DNA of 64,000 nucleotides, counting the filler, from Stramenopiles sp. TOSAG23-6 (Eukaryota): the NCBI GenBank assembly GCA_900128565.1. It is 11 parts of 11 records of this genome, joined end to end, with 100 filler letters (N's around TTAATTAATTAA, not from the genome) between each part and the next. Parts side by side here need not be neighbours in the genome. Positions count along the whole stretch, not along the records: positions 34,423 to 41,187 come from LT636649.1; positions 41,288 to 48,052 come from LT636650.1; 9 more parts are not named here. One strand, given 5' to 3'. Shown piece after piece: positions 35,162 through 45,590 of this stretch. The position numbers and the translations under genes are program-made. Each line of letters opens with the position of its first letter. The stretch's first letter is position 1. The notes under the pieces were generated by a model. That model was not told the DNA's origin, made no database searches, and worked only from the letters and a program-made list of their open reading frames with translations.

Positions 35162-36175
35162 GATTTTGGTATCATTAAACATGTTGGGAATCCTGCGCTC
35201 ATTGTCAAATCTATTAATGAAAAGAATATAAAAGAAGCGACTAAGAATATCTTTGGGACGGACCAGGTCACACTTTTACGAATAGTGGTAAAAACACTAA
35301 TTGGTGGAAGCTCTGGTTATGTCATTGACCCACGAGAGTACTTAGGAGCACCAGAAACTGATAGTTTTTGTGCATTTTCTATTCCTATGCCAAACACAGT
35401 AGCGTTTAAGGTCCAGGAAGCAACCAAACCACAGCGTCAACGGTTATATACTCCATACACAAAGACGATTAATAAACGTATGGAGACAAGTGAAGGTCAT
35501 ATGACTAGTTGGACCAACAAGCTTCAATTCCATGCATATTATTCATCCCTTCCAGGTACAGATCGATTTGATGTGTATTGGAAGAGAGATGGAGCGACAC
35601 GTAATTATTTCAAGTGTGCTCGTAAGGCCGCAGATCCTTGGGGTTGGTTCTTTATGTATTCATTTTATGCATATCCACTGGTTCGTATTGACGTGTATAA
35701 ATCACTGAAAACAGAACATACGTACTATTTTAGTGGTAGTGAAAAGATGACAAATATACCACCACCTGACCCTGAAGAATTTGAACATGAGTTTTCATTC
35801 TATGCTCTACAATATCAAATGACTGGAACTATCAACTTTAACTGCATGCATACCGACAAAAGACAAGTTGGTGATGATCCGGGTATTACACGATCACTTA
35901 GATCGCGATGCAGTTCCGAAGCACCACATTCCATATGGGAACATAACTGCCAATTTTATGCTTTTGATACACCAATACGGGGCACTAATCGATTACAAAT
36001 TCAGATATCTATTGATGACCCAGTAAGATATCGTATTACGCCAGAATTTATGATAAAAGGTCCATGGAGACATCTCAATACAGTTTATGTTTTAGGAATT
36101 GTATCCCCAGATGCTGTAAAGTTTGCCCATGGTGCACCAGATCCTGGAAAAGCTTTGTCAGCACTGGTTTCATAG
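35162..36175 (+). CDS. Hypothetical protein, last exon (~337 aa)
   Basis: Long open frame beginning at the intron 3' end; no family recognised. Confidence 0.55.
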   Translation, partial: DFGIIKHVGNPALIVKSINEKNIKEATKNIFGTDQVTLLRIVVKTLIGGSSGYVIDPREYLGAPETDSFCAFSIPMPNTVAFKVQEATKPQRQRLYTPYTKTINKRMETSEGHMTSWTNKLQFHAYYSSLPGTDRFDVYWKRDGATRNYFKCARKAADPWGWFFMYSFYAYPLVRIDVYKSLKTEHTYYFSGSEKMTNIPPPDPEEFEHEFSFYALQYQMTGTINFNCMHTDKRQVGDDPGITRSLRSRCSSEAPHSIWEHNCQFYAFDTPIRGTNRLQIQISIDDPVRYRITPEFMIKGPWRHLNTVYVLGIVSPDAVKFAHGAPDPGKALSALVS

Positions 36176-36288
36176 TAACCTTAGCCTCGAATTAAATAAA
36201 TACAACTCAATGTCTATAAAAAATAAAATATTAGTAATTACATACAACTTTAATACCTAAAAGGAATAAACTTGGATACTACTCTACA

Positions 36289-38130
36289 CTACCCTTTTTG
36301 TTTTCCAACGTAAGAAACGTTCTTCTCTCCAAGTTGAGAATTAATAACGAGTAATCTTCCTAACTTTTCAGTATCCTCTGCTCTACATGTACTGCCAACA
36401 CGAAACTGTTCTACTTTCATTGCCACAGCTAAATCAGCCGAAAACGTGTCACTTGTTGAACCCGGTGTATTTGCGACAATGACTGCAGTACCTCCACTTT
36501 GAAATGATTTGCACAATTCAATCGTCTCTGTCACAGATGAGCAAGTTCGAGCAGCATTCAAGACAGCACCACCGAAACAACCCCGTTGCTGACCCATTTT
36601 AAAATTTGTCGTTCCCACAAGAGTATCAGCTACTACTACTAGAGGATTGCCAGATTTCGTTTCGGAATTCTGTAATTGTCCCCAGAATGAAAGAGCATCA
36701 TTCATCAATGGATCATCAACAAAACAAACGGCATATCGTTTAACAATACGCTTTATATAAGCTACAAGATCCTCTGCTTCAAGTTGATCTTCTTCACGAT
36801 GAACGTTGCACTTATAACCAAGGTCATATAATGCCCTTGTCGCCATATCATCTTGTTCAGTATTCTCTTCTTTTACACTCTTACCGGCATTAGGTACATG
36901 GAAAAAATTTGATGCTGCAATACTCATACCAATCATAACCTTACCCTCACANTGTGCGGCAATGATACACTTATTCAAATAATCCACAGCTTCTTTAAGT
37001 CCTGGTGTTTTTTCATCACTTTTATCNGATTCATCTACAAAAGACGCACCTACCTCTTTTGTATTTGATCCAATAAATTCTGGGATAAATCCACCATTAG
37101 CTGCACGGTACATCTTTTTTGGTGCTAGACGATCTACTGCTTCTTCAAGTAAAGTCGCAAATTGTACAGCTTCTGAAAAATTCTTCGCTCCTGAAGGGAC
37201 TACATGTAAAGAATGAATAGGAAGTGTGCAATTACTCGAATTATTCCCACTACTTAATAAGCTAAATACTGGAACGGGAANATAATATTTACTATCTGGT
37301 CGCTCTGCTAAATCTGCCAAATGACTATATACTTCGCTGGAATTTTCTTTNGCGCCTGCTCGACAAACTGCCTGTGAAACAGCGAGTGATGCACACCTTA
37401 AAACAATCTTCTGTACATTATATTTCAAGGTTTTTGCAAGTTTCTTTTTACGCATTTCGACAGTTTCAAGGACTCCATCTTCATCATACTTCTGCTGCTG
37501 CAGTTTTTGCTCCTTTTCTTCTTGCATCTGTTTCTTAGCATCGGATTGCTCTCTTTTCCGGAAAGCTACTTTTAGCATTGAATCTACTAAACGTTGGTCA
37601 GTTGGATCCTGACGATTTAATGCACCTGCAACGTTTGCGCTTGTAACAAATTTNGATGTCTCAGAAACNACCTCTGATATAACATTATGATAATCCTCAT
37701 AAGAAAGTATTACATTTTTAAGTGTTTTGAGACGAATTTTCTCTTTTTCAGCTTCGCTGAGGTTTTCTTCCTCACTTTGAGAATTTTCACCTGTTNGTTT
37801 ATTTTCTTCTTCAGTCGTCTCTGAGATTTGTTCTATTGGTAAAACGTCCGGAACATCAATCCCAGTTGAAACTGAAGAACGAAATACCCCATTCCGTGTT
37901 GTGACCATCACTTCGATNGCTGCTCTACCAAGACCATCAAAAGTAGATCGAGCTTTCACACTTAATAAACCTTGGAGAGATGGTGCCTGAAGTTTCAGCA
38001 ACTGTGAAATGGAAGCAAAAGGGTCTGAAGGGAGGCCACGTAGCGATATGTTCAATATTTCATTCATCTTCTGCTCTACTTTGTGCTTCCGAAGGTAATC
38101 TCGCATCTCAGTGGTAAAATTTCCCGACAT
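36289..38130 (-). CDS. ENO4: Enolase-4-like (divergent, probably non-catalytic) protein with an N-terminal Dpy-30/RIIa-like docking motif
   Basis: YLRKHKVE...LP.DPF; VKARS.FDGLG; DPTDQRLVD..L; PVP.FSLL; DTFSADLAVA; canonical enolase catalytic motifs are degenerate. Confidence 0.75.
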   Translation of the reverse strand: MSGNFTTEMRDYLRKHKVEQKMNEILNISLRGLPSDPFASISQLLKLQAPSLQGLLSVKARSTFDGLGRAXIEVMVTTRNGVFRSSVSTGIDVPDVLPIEQISETTEEENKXTGENSQSEEENLSEAEKEKIRLKTLKNVILSYEDYHNVISEXVSETXKFVTSANVAGALNRQDPTDQRLVDSMLKVAFRKREQSDAKKQMQEEKEQKLQQQKYDEDGVLETVEMRKKKLAKTLKYNVQKIVLRCASLAVSQAVCRAGXKENSSEVYSHLADLAERPDSKYYXPVPVFSLLSSGNNSSNCTLPIHSLHVVPSGAKNFSEAVQFATLLEEAVDRLAPKKMYRAANGGFIPEFIGSNTKEVGASFVDEXDKSDEKTPGLKEAVDYLNKCIIAAXCEGKVMIGMSIAASNFFHVPNAGKSVKEENTEQDDMATRALYDLGYKCNVHREEDQLEAEDLVAYIKRIVKRYAVCFVDDPLMNDALSFWGQLQNSETKSGNPLVVVADTLVGTTNFKMGQQRGCFGGAVLNAARTCSSVTETIELCKSFQSGGTAVIVANTPGSTSDTFSADLAVAMKVEQFRVGSTCRAEDTEKLGRLLVINSQLGEKNVSYVGKQKG

Positions 38131-38631
38131 TTTTAATCAAAGAGTGGTGTACTTTGTTTCTTCCTTTGTTTCTTCCTGGAAGAAAAGAAAAAAAGTAAAA
38201 AACGAAACCGTTCTGCGTTAGAAGAACCGAACGAACGTTTAATTATAACTGCCAACCAGGAGCAGGTTTGTGAATTAATAATTGTACATCATGAAAGGCA
38301 CTTTAAAGTTTGTTTCAAATCTGATCGAATATATTTTTAAAAACTTGGGAAATGTAAAATTAATTGCCGTATATTTTTAGTGTTTTGGCGTCTGCAGATG
38401 TGTAACTTATAATACTACTAATGGCAACCAGAATTATTTAGCTAAAAAAAAATGTTTAATGCTCGTTTCATTATTATTTCAAATAATAGTCATTGTTGAA
38501 GCAGCCCAGTTTAGGATTTTGCTGAAAGAGACGTGCTTCAACTAATACTTGTTTAATGTTGGGTACAATAGTGTAATTTTTGATAGTTCTATACTTTTCA
38601 ACGATTGATATTTTCCAAAGATATTAATCAA

Positions 38632-40965
38632 TTATTCATCCTTGCACTGCCAAGTAAGCCTTTTAGGGACACTAGTTTCTAGGTTACCATTTATTAGAGA
38701 GTTGACAATAGGTGTATCTTTCTTNGTCGGATCTTCGGTAGATAAAAATTTNAGATACTGTAATTTGTATAATTCAAGAAACTGCTTAAACGACATTTCA
38801 ACAGCCAATCTATTCAACATCCATCTAGACAGNGACACATCAATCCCAAGAAGAAATACATCGTTACTTTGAGACACTAATATTTTAGCACTGGAATTTT
38901 CTTCTTTGGGGAATTTCCCGAATTTTCTTTTGTATTTATTCATAAAAGTTACTGAGTTTTTTTCATACTCGTTCGCAGGGCAATCCAAACGGACAACGCC
39001 ATCTAACACCGNCCTCCCATTGAGTAATCGTGTCGACGAAACTGTGTGACCTACTATCATAAAACCAGCACCTAGCTGCTTCAGTGTATCAGCTAATTGA
39101 TTGCATCTATGACGCTGTGATGAATTGTAACCATCATAGTATTGTCCTTTAATCATGTCATCATCGGGCATTTTGGTTANATAAGCCCTTACCCATAGAG
39201 GATTATCGTATACAGGAAAATAACCACCTACATTCCATTCAGCAACAGGAGGTAGATTTGACCCACCCAAACTATTCCCAGAAATTTCTGTAAGTCGTTT
39301 ATACATTTCTAGATTAATAATGTCCATACAACTATCATTTATAGTTTCAGTACCGCACAAATGCTCTACGAAGCGAGGCTCAATGCCACCATGAGTAAAA
39401 ATACCAACAGACAAGTAATCATCGTCATTCACAGGTATCACCAAACTATCACCAATGGATGTTGTTCTTAATCTTGGCAGCATATTCTTTACATCGATTC
39501 TTGCAACCGTAGGTCTCTGCAAAATAAATGCCATATTTTGTTCAAGCCATTTGGTCCTCGCAGCTCGTTCCCCAGGCCCACTACAAACGCACAAATCATC
39601 TTCTGAACGTGTTTTATCTTTAGAAGATACAAACTCATAAAAAGGGCCAAATGGTTCTCGAGTACCATCTTGAAATATATTGACCTCCTCGTGATTGCCT
39701 AGAAGGAAATGAAAACGACCCTTATGTTCGCCTTCTAAAGATATTAGACATTCTTCTAGCTCGAAGATTGTTTGGTCATATGGTCCCCGATCAAATGTAT
39801 CTCCTACTTGAACAAGTGATACATTGAATAAAGAGGAAACACAATAGACTTCGTCATGTTCCGCAGCAAAATCAATCACAGCTTCTGGTGTAACGCCCCG
39901 CTTCGCCTTTAATCGTGTGTCGCCTTCATGTGCTGGAGAATCAATAAAGCTACGATACATTGCCAAATAGTAGTCTCTATTTGTCACTGCGGCGGCTACA
40001 CAGCAACCTTTTTCAGGAGTACAACTTTCACGTTGACTTTCTTCAGAACAGGTTGAACTATGTGCAAGATTTGAAGACTCCAGCAAGCGGAGGAACACGT
40101 GAAAGTCGCCATGAATATCCCCGAGGGCAACAACATTTTGGGTATCTTCTGCAAGTACAACACGGGAGGGTGGTTCCATCAATGTTGGTATGGATGTGAA
40201 GGTCAGTTTTGAGTAAAAAAAACCAATATCCTCCGGGTACATACGGGGTTGACAAATTTTAAATTCACTCTGATTAGCTCTCTTCCAATTGTAGTCAATA
40301 TTTCCACCTCTAATAACGAGGTTTGCCGCGATGAATCTTATGATANTATGGTTATCTTTATCCTTAGAAAAGAAGTCGAGTCCTCCTTGAAGAAAGAAGT
40401 CGAGTCCTCCATTACTTTCTTCTTTTGATACCTCACTGTTTATTAGTGCGCGAGGACAAGTCTCACAAATCAAACCATTCCACCATTTGCCCTCAACACA
40501 ATGACAATAAGGACTGCTAGAAATTCCATGACCTTGTGTCACACCTTTATGAACTTTGCAAAAATACCAGTTCTTACTTTCAGGTATTGGTGCTGGATAC
40601 ACTTCGTGTTCAGTTTCGCAGTCACCGAACCTTTCTCTATAAACGTGAACAACAAGCTCATCCCAAATTTCGTTCTCAGTATATCTAGAGCCATGTCCAC
40701 TAAGGATACTTGACCAGATAGTTGAATCTATTGAAATTTCTTCGTCGCACAAGCTTTGAAGTTTATTTTGTTCGGGAAGCGAGAGTTTTTGGAATGATTC
40801 ATCTAAAGATAGTTTCTTCGAAGCTTTGAATAAACTTTTAAAAGGGTCGCTACTCTCTAACTCTTCGGCAATTGGTCGCAAACTAGTATACGTGGATCCA
40901 TCTGAAGCTGACTTTACGATAACAAATAATGAACAAATGATTATTGTGGTATAAATCCCAAGCAT
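38632..40965 (-). CDS. Secreted Shewanella-like metallophosphoesterase
   Basis: Signal peptide; GDIHG, GDTFDRG, GNHE, THGG, PLWVR, VGHT, ID..LS. Confidence 0.85.
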   Translation of the reverse strand: MLGIYTTIIICSLFVIVKSASDGSTYTSLRPIAEELESSDPFKSLFKASKKLSLDESFQKLSLPEQNKLQSLCDEEISIDSTIWSSILSGHGSRYTENEIWDELVVHVYRERFGDCETEHEVYPAPIPESKNWYFCKVHKGVTQGHGISSSPYCHCVEGKWWNGLICETCPRALINSEVSKEESNGGLDFFLQGGLDFFSKDKDNHXIIRFIAANLVIRGGNIDYNWKRANQSEFKICQPRMYPEDIGFFYSKLTFTSIPTLMEPPSRVVLAEDTQNVVALGDIHGDFHVFLRLLESSNLAHSSTCSEESQRESCTPEKGCCVAAAVTNRDYYLAMYRSFIDSPAHEGDTRLKAKRGVTPEAVIDFAAEHDEVYCVSSLFNVSLVQVGDTFDRGPYDQTIFELEECLISLEGEHKGRFHFLLGNHEEVNIFQDGTREPFGPFYEFVSSKDKTRSEDDLCVCSGPGERAARTKWLEQNMAFILQRPTVARIDVKNMLPRLRTTSIGDSLVIPVNDDDYLSVGIFTHGGIEPRFVEHLCGTETINDSCMDIINLEMYKRLTEISGNSLGGSNLPPVAEWNVGGYFPVYDNPLWVRAYXTKMPDDDMIKGQYYDGYNSSQRHRCNQLADTLKQLGAGFMIVGHTVSSTRLLNGRXVLDGVVRLDCPANEYEKNSVTFMNKYKRKFGKFPKEENSSAKILVSQSNDVFLLGIDVXLSRWMLNRLAVEMSFKQFLELYKLQYXKFLSTEDPXKKDTPIVNSLINGNLETSVPKRLTWQCKDE

Positions 40966-41287
40966 TCTATTTTATAGAGTATCTACGGTATTTTGTGGTT
41001 TGAGAATTTAAAGGAATTGGTTTTTTTGCTACCTTCGTACAAAAGCCAATTATTTTCGCCAATTTATGTCTTCAAATTTGACCTAAACAAACTAACCCTA
41101 ACCCTAGTAATCATCGTCAAAGAGTCGATGATGCAAAGTCAGTCACTCAATGATAACTAATTTGCTTGCACTGTATCAGACTTTTTCNNNNNNNNNNNNN
41201 NNNNNNNNNNNNNNNNNNNNNNNNNNNNNNNTTAATTAATTAANNNNNNNNNNNNNNNNNNNNNNNNNNNNNNNNNNNNNNNNNNNN

Positions 41288-41350
41288 TTTTTTTTCGTAC
41301 GAAATATTGTACCTAACGATTTTTTTTTGAAATATTTTTCCAAAATACCT
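41288..41350 (+). mobile_element. Introner-like intron, 3' part, ending in CT
   Basis: GTACCTAAC...CAAAATACCT|TGT GGT. Confidence 0.7.
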
Positions 41351-42731
41351 TGTGGTGGGATTGGCTATTATTTTCTTGGAAAAGAAGAGAAATTATTACG
41401 ATATAATTGCGAAACTCAGAGTACGGGAGATGTTGATGTTGATACATTACATGAAGTTTTATGGTCTATTGAAGATTCTTGGGAGGAGAATTTATTAACA
41501 TTGCCAAATGCGGACTTGTACGTTTGTATCATGAAGTTTAATTTTAGTTTTTTTTCATACGAAATTTTGTACCTAACGACTTAACAAAAAATTAAATCTT
41601 TTTTCACAATATATGCGTTCTTTAGAAGAGTTTTTATTAGGTGTTAAAAATAGTCCTTTGAATACTCTTGACACCAAAACTAAAAATAATAGTGATCAAA
41701 ATGACACTATTCCGCTAATATCACCACGGGTATTATCTTTAGCCGAGGCTGGGTATGGAAACACATCAGGCTCTGATTTAAACAAATTATCATTTTCAAT
41801 ATCGGCATTTGCTGAGCATTGTTGGAAAGAAGATGGTAATCATGATCATCGACCAGTCGGTTCGCTTTCATGTGCTGTGGATATTTTACGCAAAGGTATT
41901 CATATACATACTGAAACGCCTGTTAGTCGTATTGTTTGGCATAATCCTGATACTTTATATGTTGAATCAAGTAATGGAAAAAATGTTAATGCATCTGCTA
42001 TTGTTTTAACAGTACCTCCAGCATTTCTCCATGATAAAATAGTAGAATCAAAATCAATTGATACGTCTAACAATGAGAATAGAATACCTACAACAGAACG
42101 TATTTTGTTCGAACCTTGTTTACCTGATTGGAAGCAATCGGCTGCTCGAACAATATCTTTTGAAATTGGTGTGAAACTCATTGTAGTATTCGATACAATT
42201 TGTTGGCCTAAAAATTGTCATGGAATTATTTGTTCAGATTGTTTTTTCCCTGAAATTTGGATGCAAGAACAAGAAACATCTGAAAAAAATAGAGAGAATC
42301 CTTCTTTTTACTATGCTACTGCATTCTTAATGGGTCAGAAGGCAACGGCTGTGACCAATCTTGCTGGTGGTGTGAAGGAAGCGAGTTTTCTACTAATTGA
42401 CCAGATTCAACGTATATTCAAGACTCATCCAGTGGAACATTATTTAACTAGTATTTTGGCAGATTGGGGGAAAGTACCTTATGTAAGAGGTGCATATACA
42501 AGTCCATCTGTCACAGAAGCAAAAGCTGCTGTAGAGTGTAACCGTGATACTCGAAATTCGTATAATACTGGTGGTTCAATTCGCCAGTTGCTGTCAAAAC
42601 CAGTAGATGGAAAATTGTTCTTTGCCGGTGAAGCAACACACTCATCATCGTTTATGACGGCTCATACTGCAATGGAAACTGGTCATCGAGCAGCCTTAGA
42701 AGTAATTAATACACTGAATGGTATTAAATAG
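41351..42731 (+). CDS. Flavin-containing amine oxidase, 3' part (intron 41518-41614)
   Basis: VLTVP, F.P.LP.WK, DWGKVPYVRGAY, LFFAGEAT...AHTAMETG.RAA. Confidence 0.88.
41518..41614 (+). mobile_element. Introner-like GT-AT intron, 97 nt
   Basis: TT|GTACGT...CACAATATAT|G gives ADLRSLEEFL. Confidence 0.85.
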
Positions 42732-42784
42732 TTTCATTTTGTGAACATTTTGTTAGGTACAGAATGTAGTATGGAAAAAAATGG

Positions 42785-43621
42785 TTATTGTGCTTGTTGT
42801 TTCGCTGTTAATAAATGTTGTTGTGCCCTTAATTTTTGTAGTAAATCCGAAATAACCTCATCTTTGTGTTGAAGAACTTTCAATACTTCAGTACTTTTTT
42901 TATCAAAGTAAATTCGTTGTGCTTCCATTTTAGCTTTCACCTCGTGGATTGTTTTGACACAGTTTGGACAAAGAACCTTATTTTTCATATTATTTCTATT
43001 ACTATAACTGAAGGTTGGTGAATTATTTTCATTTTTCACCATATTGTTTCTATTACTATGATTGAAGGTTGGCGAATTATTTTCTTTTTTTTTGTCTTGT
43101 TTTTTGGAATGATACACTAATTTTTCTTCTTCTTTTTTTTTGTCTTGTTTTTTGGAATGATACACTAATTTTTCTTCTTCTATTGATAGATGTGGTACTA
43201 AAGCAATTCCACGTTCTACCCTATGTATCATCACAGGTTTTCTTGACATTTTGGAAAAGCCACTTTTCAGTTTGTTTTGAGTTTTTTTCTTTAGATAAAA
43301 CATTGAATAAAACTTCTGGTCAAATAAACTTGATTTAATGTGAAAAACATCTCGCTGACCAGCTTCACCGCGATTCTTATTAGGAAACGTTTTGAGAAAT
43401 AATTTTACAGTTATGGAGCATTTCCCATATGGGCCAATTCTATTCGATTTTGGTGTTACAGAGAAACGACTAGGAGAACCACTGCGAATTACAAAATCAA
43501 CAGGTGTATCGAGGGTATTTCGGATCACAATTGTTCGAATATACGCTTGATTAAAGGATACACTGTAAAAAACCATAGTTTGCGGCTCAAATGTAAGTAC
43601 ATTTAAAGCAACGGATGACAT
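42785..43621 (-). CDS. MSP/PapD-like (ASH-type) domain plus coiled-coil protein
   Basis: FEP..M.F......Y.R.I.IRN......F......RFSVTP beta-sandwich pattern; internal repeats at ~43000-43180. Confidence 0.6.
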   Translation of the reverse strand: MSSVALNVLTFEPQTMVFYSVSFNQAYIRTIVIRNTLDTPVDFVIRSGSPSRFSVTPKSNRIGPYGKCSITVKLFLKTFPNKNRGEAGQRDVFHIKSSLFDQKFYSMFYLKKKTQNKLKSGFSKMSRKPVMIHRVERGIALVPHLSIEEEKLVYHSKKQDKKKEEEKLVYHSKKQDKKKENNSPTFNHSNRNNMVKNENNSPTFSYSNRNNMKNKVLCPNCVKTIHEVKAKMEAQRIYFDKKSTEVLKVLQHKDEVISDLLQKLRAQQHLLTAKQQAQ

Positions 43622-43917
43622 TTTCAAATATTGCAAAAAGTCATTAGCCTACGTACTAGGCTATATATATATCGATATACATTGGTTATTTTGAAATCTC
43701 GAAAATCCCTGGTTTGCCGTTTGAAAATTTGACATTTTTCGGGACGTTTTAGCATATTTATTTCGTGTTTTTTTGAAGAAATGTACTGGTCAGAAATTCT
43801 TTCAAGTACTTTCCTTCTTTTCNNNNNNNNNNNNNNNNNNNNNNNNNNNNNNNNNNNNNNNTTTTTCAAGGTTTTGTATGAAGAAAAATATTACAGATAT
43901 AGATTCACTGATATAGA

Positions 43918-45402
43918 ATGGGGTCATACTTATCAACTCCAATAACGGAAAAACACACCGATACTGGTGTACATTTACATTCCGATATCAAGCTCACGTA
44001 CTGTGTATCAGAAATGCAGGTTTGTTATACCACCAATCTGCCACTAGTTTCATTTTGTACTATTCTTCGAGTCCCGCTTTATTTTTCGCATGTGCATGTT
44101 TTTATGTGTTGATATACTAACATCAATAATTTTATTCATCATACTTTACAGGGTTGGCGCAAAGACATGGAAGATGCACATATCACAGAACCTGATATTG
44201 GTACAGATTCCGCGTTCTTTGCGGTGTTTGATGGTCACGGGGGTAGTGAAGTTGCAACTTTTTGTGCGAAACATATGACCGACGAGTTAAAAAAATTACC
44301 AGAATATGTAAATGGAGACTACGAAAAAGCCCTAACCTCAATAAACCATCACTTAGATGATTTAATTCGTAATCCAAAGTTTCGTGAGGAGATAGACAGC
44401 TATACTAACGCAAACAAGTCCAAAACAAGCCCAACAGAGTCCTCTACAGATAGTATCGAAGATGCAGAGGGAGAATCAGCTGAAGATGGTGTTGGAGTAG
44501 GCGCTGGGCAAGAAGCGAACGATGACGATGCTGATGAGATGGAAGAAGAATTTGTGAGCAGGTCGAGATCAGCTGAAGACTTGGCAACATTAGAAGCAGA
44601 AGTTCGTCATATTTTTCATATTTTGTAATAATATATCACTATATATTCAATGCTAAACTCTAACATTCGCTATACTTTTTATATTTATGTAGTATATGTG
44701 GTCGCTGGAATGAATAAAGCAAAGACTGAAGGAATTTCAAAAGCTGAAGCAGTGGAAGTTATGATGAAACTTATGGCGTTGCAACGAGGAAGACAAGATG
44801 GTACAATTGAGAACGGCGAAGGAGCAGAAGGTAAAGGCGAACAATCCTGTGATCTTGTCAACGCAGGATGTACATCTGTTGTTACTTTGATTAGAGGTCG
44901 CGATTTGTATGTCGCAAACGCAGGGGATTCCCGTGGTGTTATGTGTCGTGCAGGAACTGCTGTAGCTCTATCATATGATCACAAACCTCAAGACGAAGTC
45001 GAGTTAAATCGAATAAAAAAAGCTGGTGGTTTCGTCACTGATCAAGGTCGAGTAAATGGTAATCTCAATTTATCTCGTTGTATTGGAGATTTAAAGTACA
45101 AAATCGATAAAAGCATTCCAGCATCAGAACAAATTATTACAGCCGAGCCTGATATTTTGAAATTTAAAATTACAGATGAAGACGAATTCATTATCCTTGG
45201 TTGTGATGGTATCTGGGATTGTAAGACGAATCAAGAAGCCGTGGATTTCGTGCGTCCTCGTCTTCAGTCTGGCGTTCCACTAGAAGAAGTGACAGAAGAG
45301 TTACTTGACTCCATAATCTGCAAAGATCCCTCATCTACTGGTGGTATTGGAGCTGATAACATGACCTTTATGATTATCAAAATAGATAAAGTAGTAAAAT
45401 GA
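43918..45402 (+). CDS. Protein phosphatase 2C, PPM1G-like (introns 44020-44151 and ~44602-44697)
   Basis: MGSYLSTP, MQ|GWRKDMEDAH, VFDGHGG, ANAGDSR, DHKP, LGCDGIWD, GADNMT. Confidence 0.95.
44020..44151 (+). other. Canonical GT-AG intron with TACTAAC branch point
   Basis: CAG|GTTTGT...TACTAAC...TTACAG|GGT TGG restores MQGWR. Confidence 0.92.
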
Positions 45403-45590
45403 TGAAGAAAATCAATAGATTCAAATTATGTATTTAGAGTCGTACATAAGAATAATAATACCTGCTCCTGTCGAAAATGAGGAGTATATAGTATGACTTT
45501 TTTTAAACACAAAAAAAACTAAATTTACTTTTTTTAAAACTTTTTATATTTTATATTTCTAATATTTGTTTTTTCTCAACAATTTTGTAT

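Noticed and set aside
42740-42784. GTACCTAAC-containing segment just after a stop codon (minus strand)
   Set aside because: Resembles a decayed family core but lacks recognisable donor and acceptor, so not counted as an intron.
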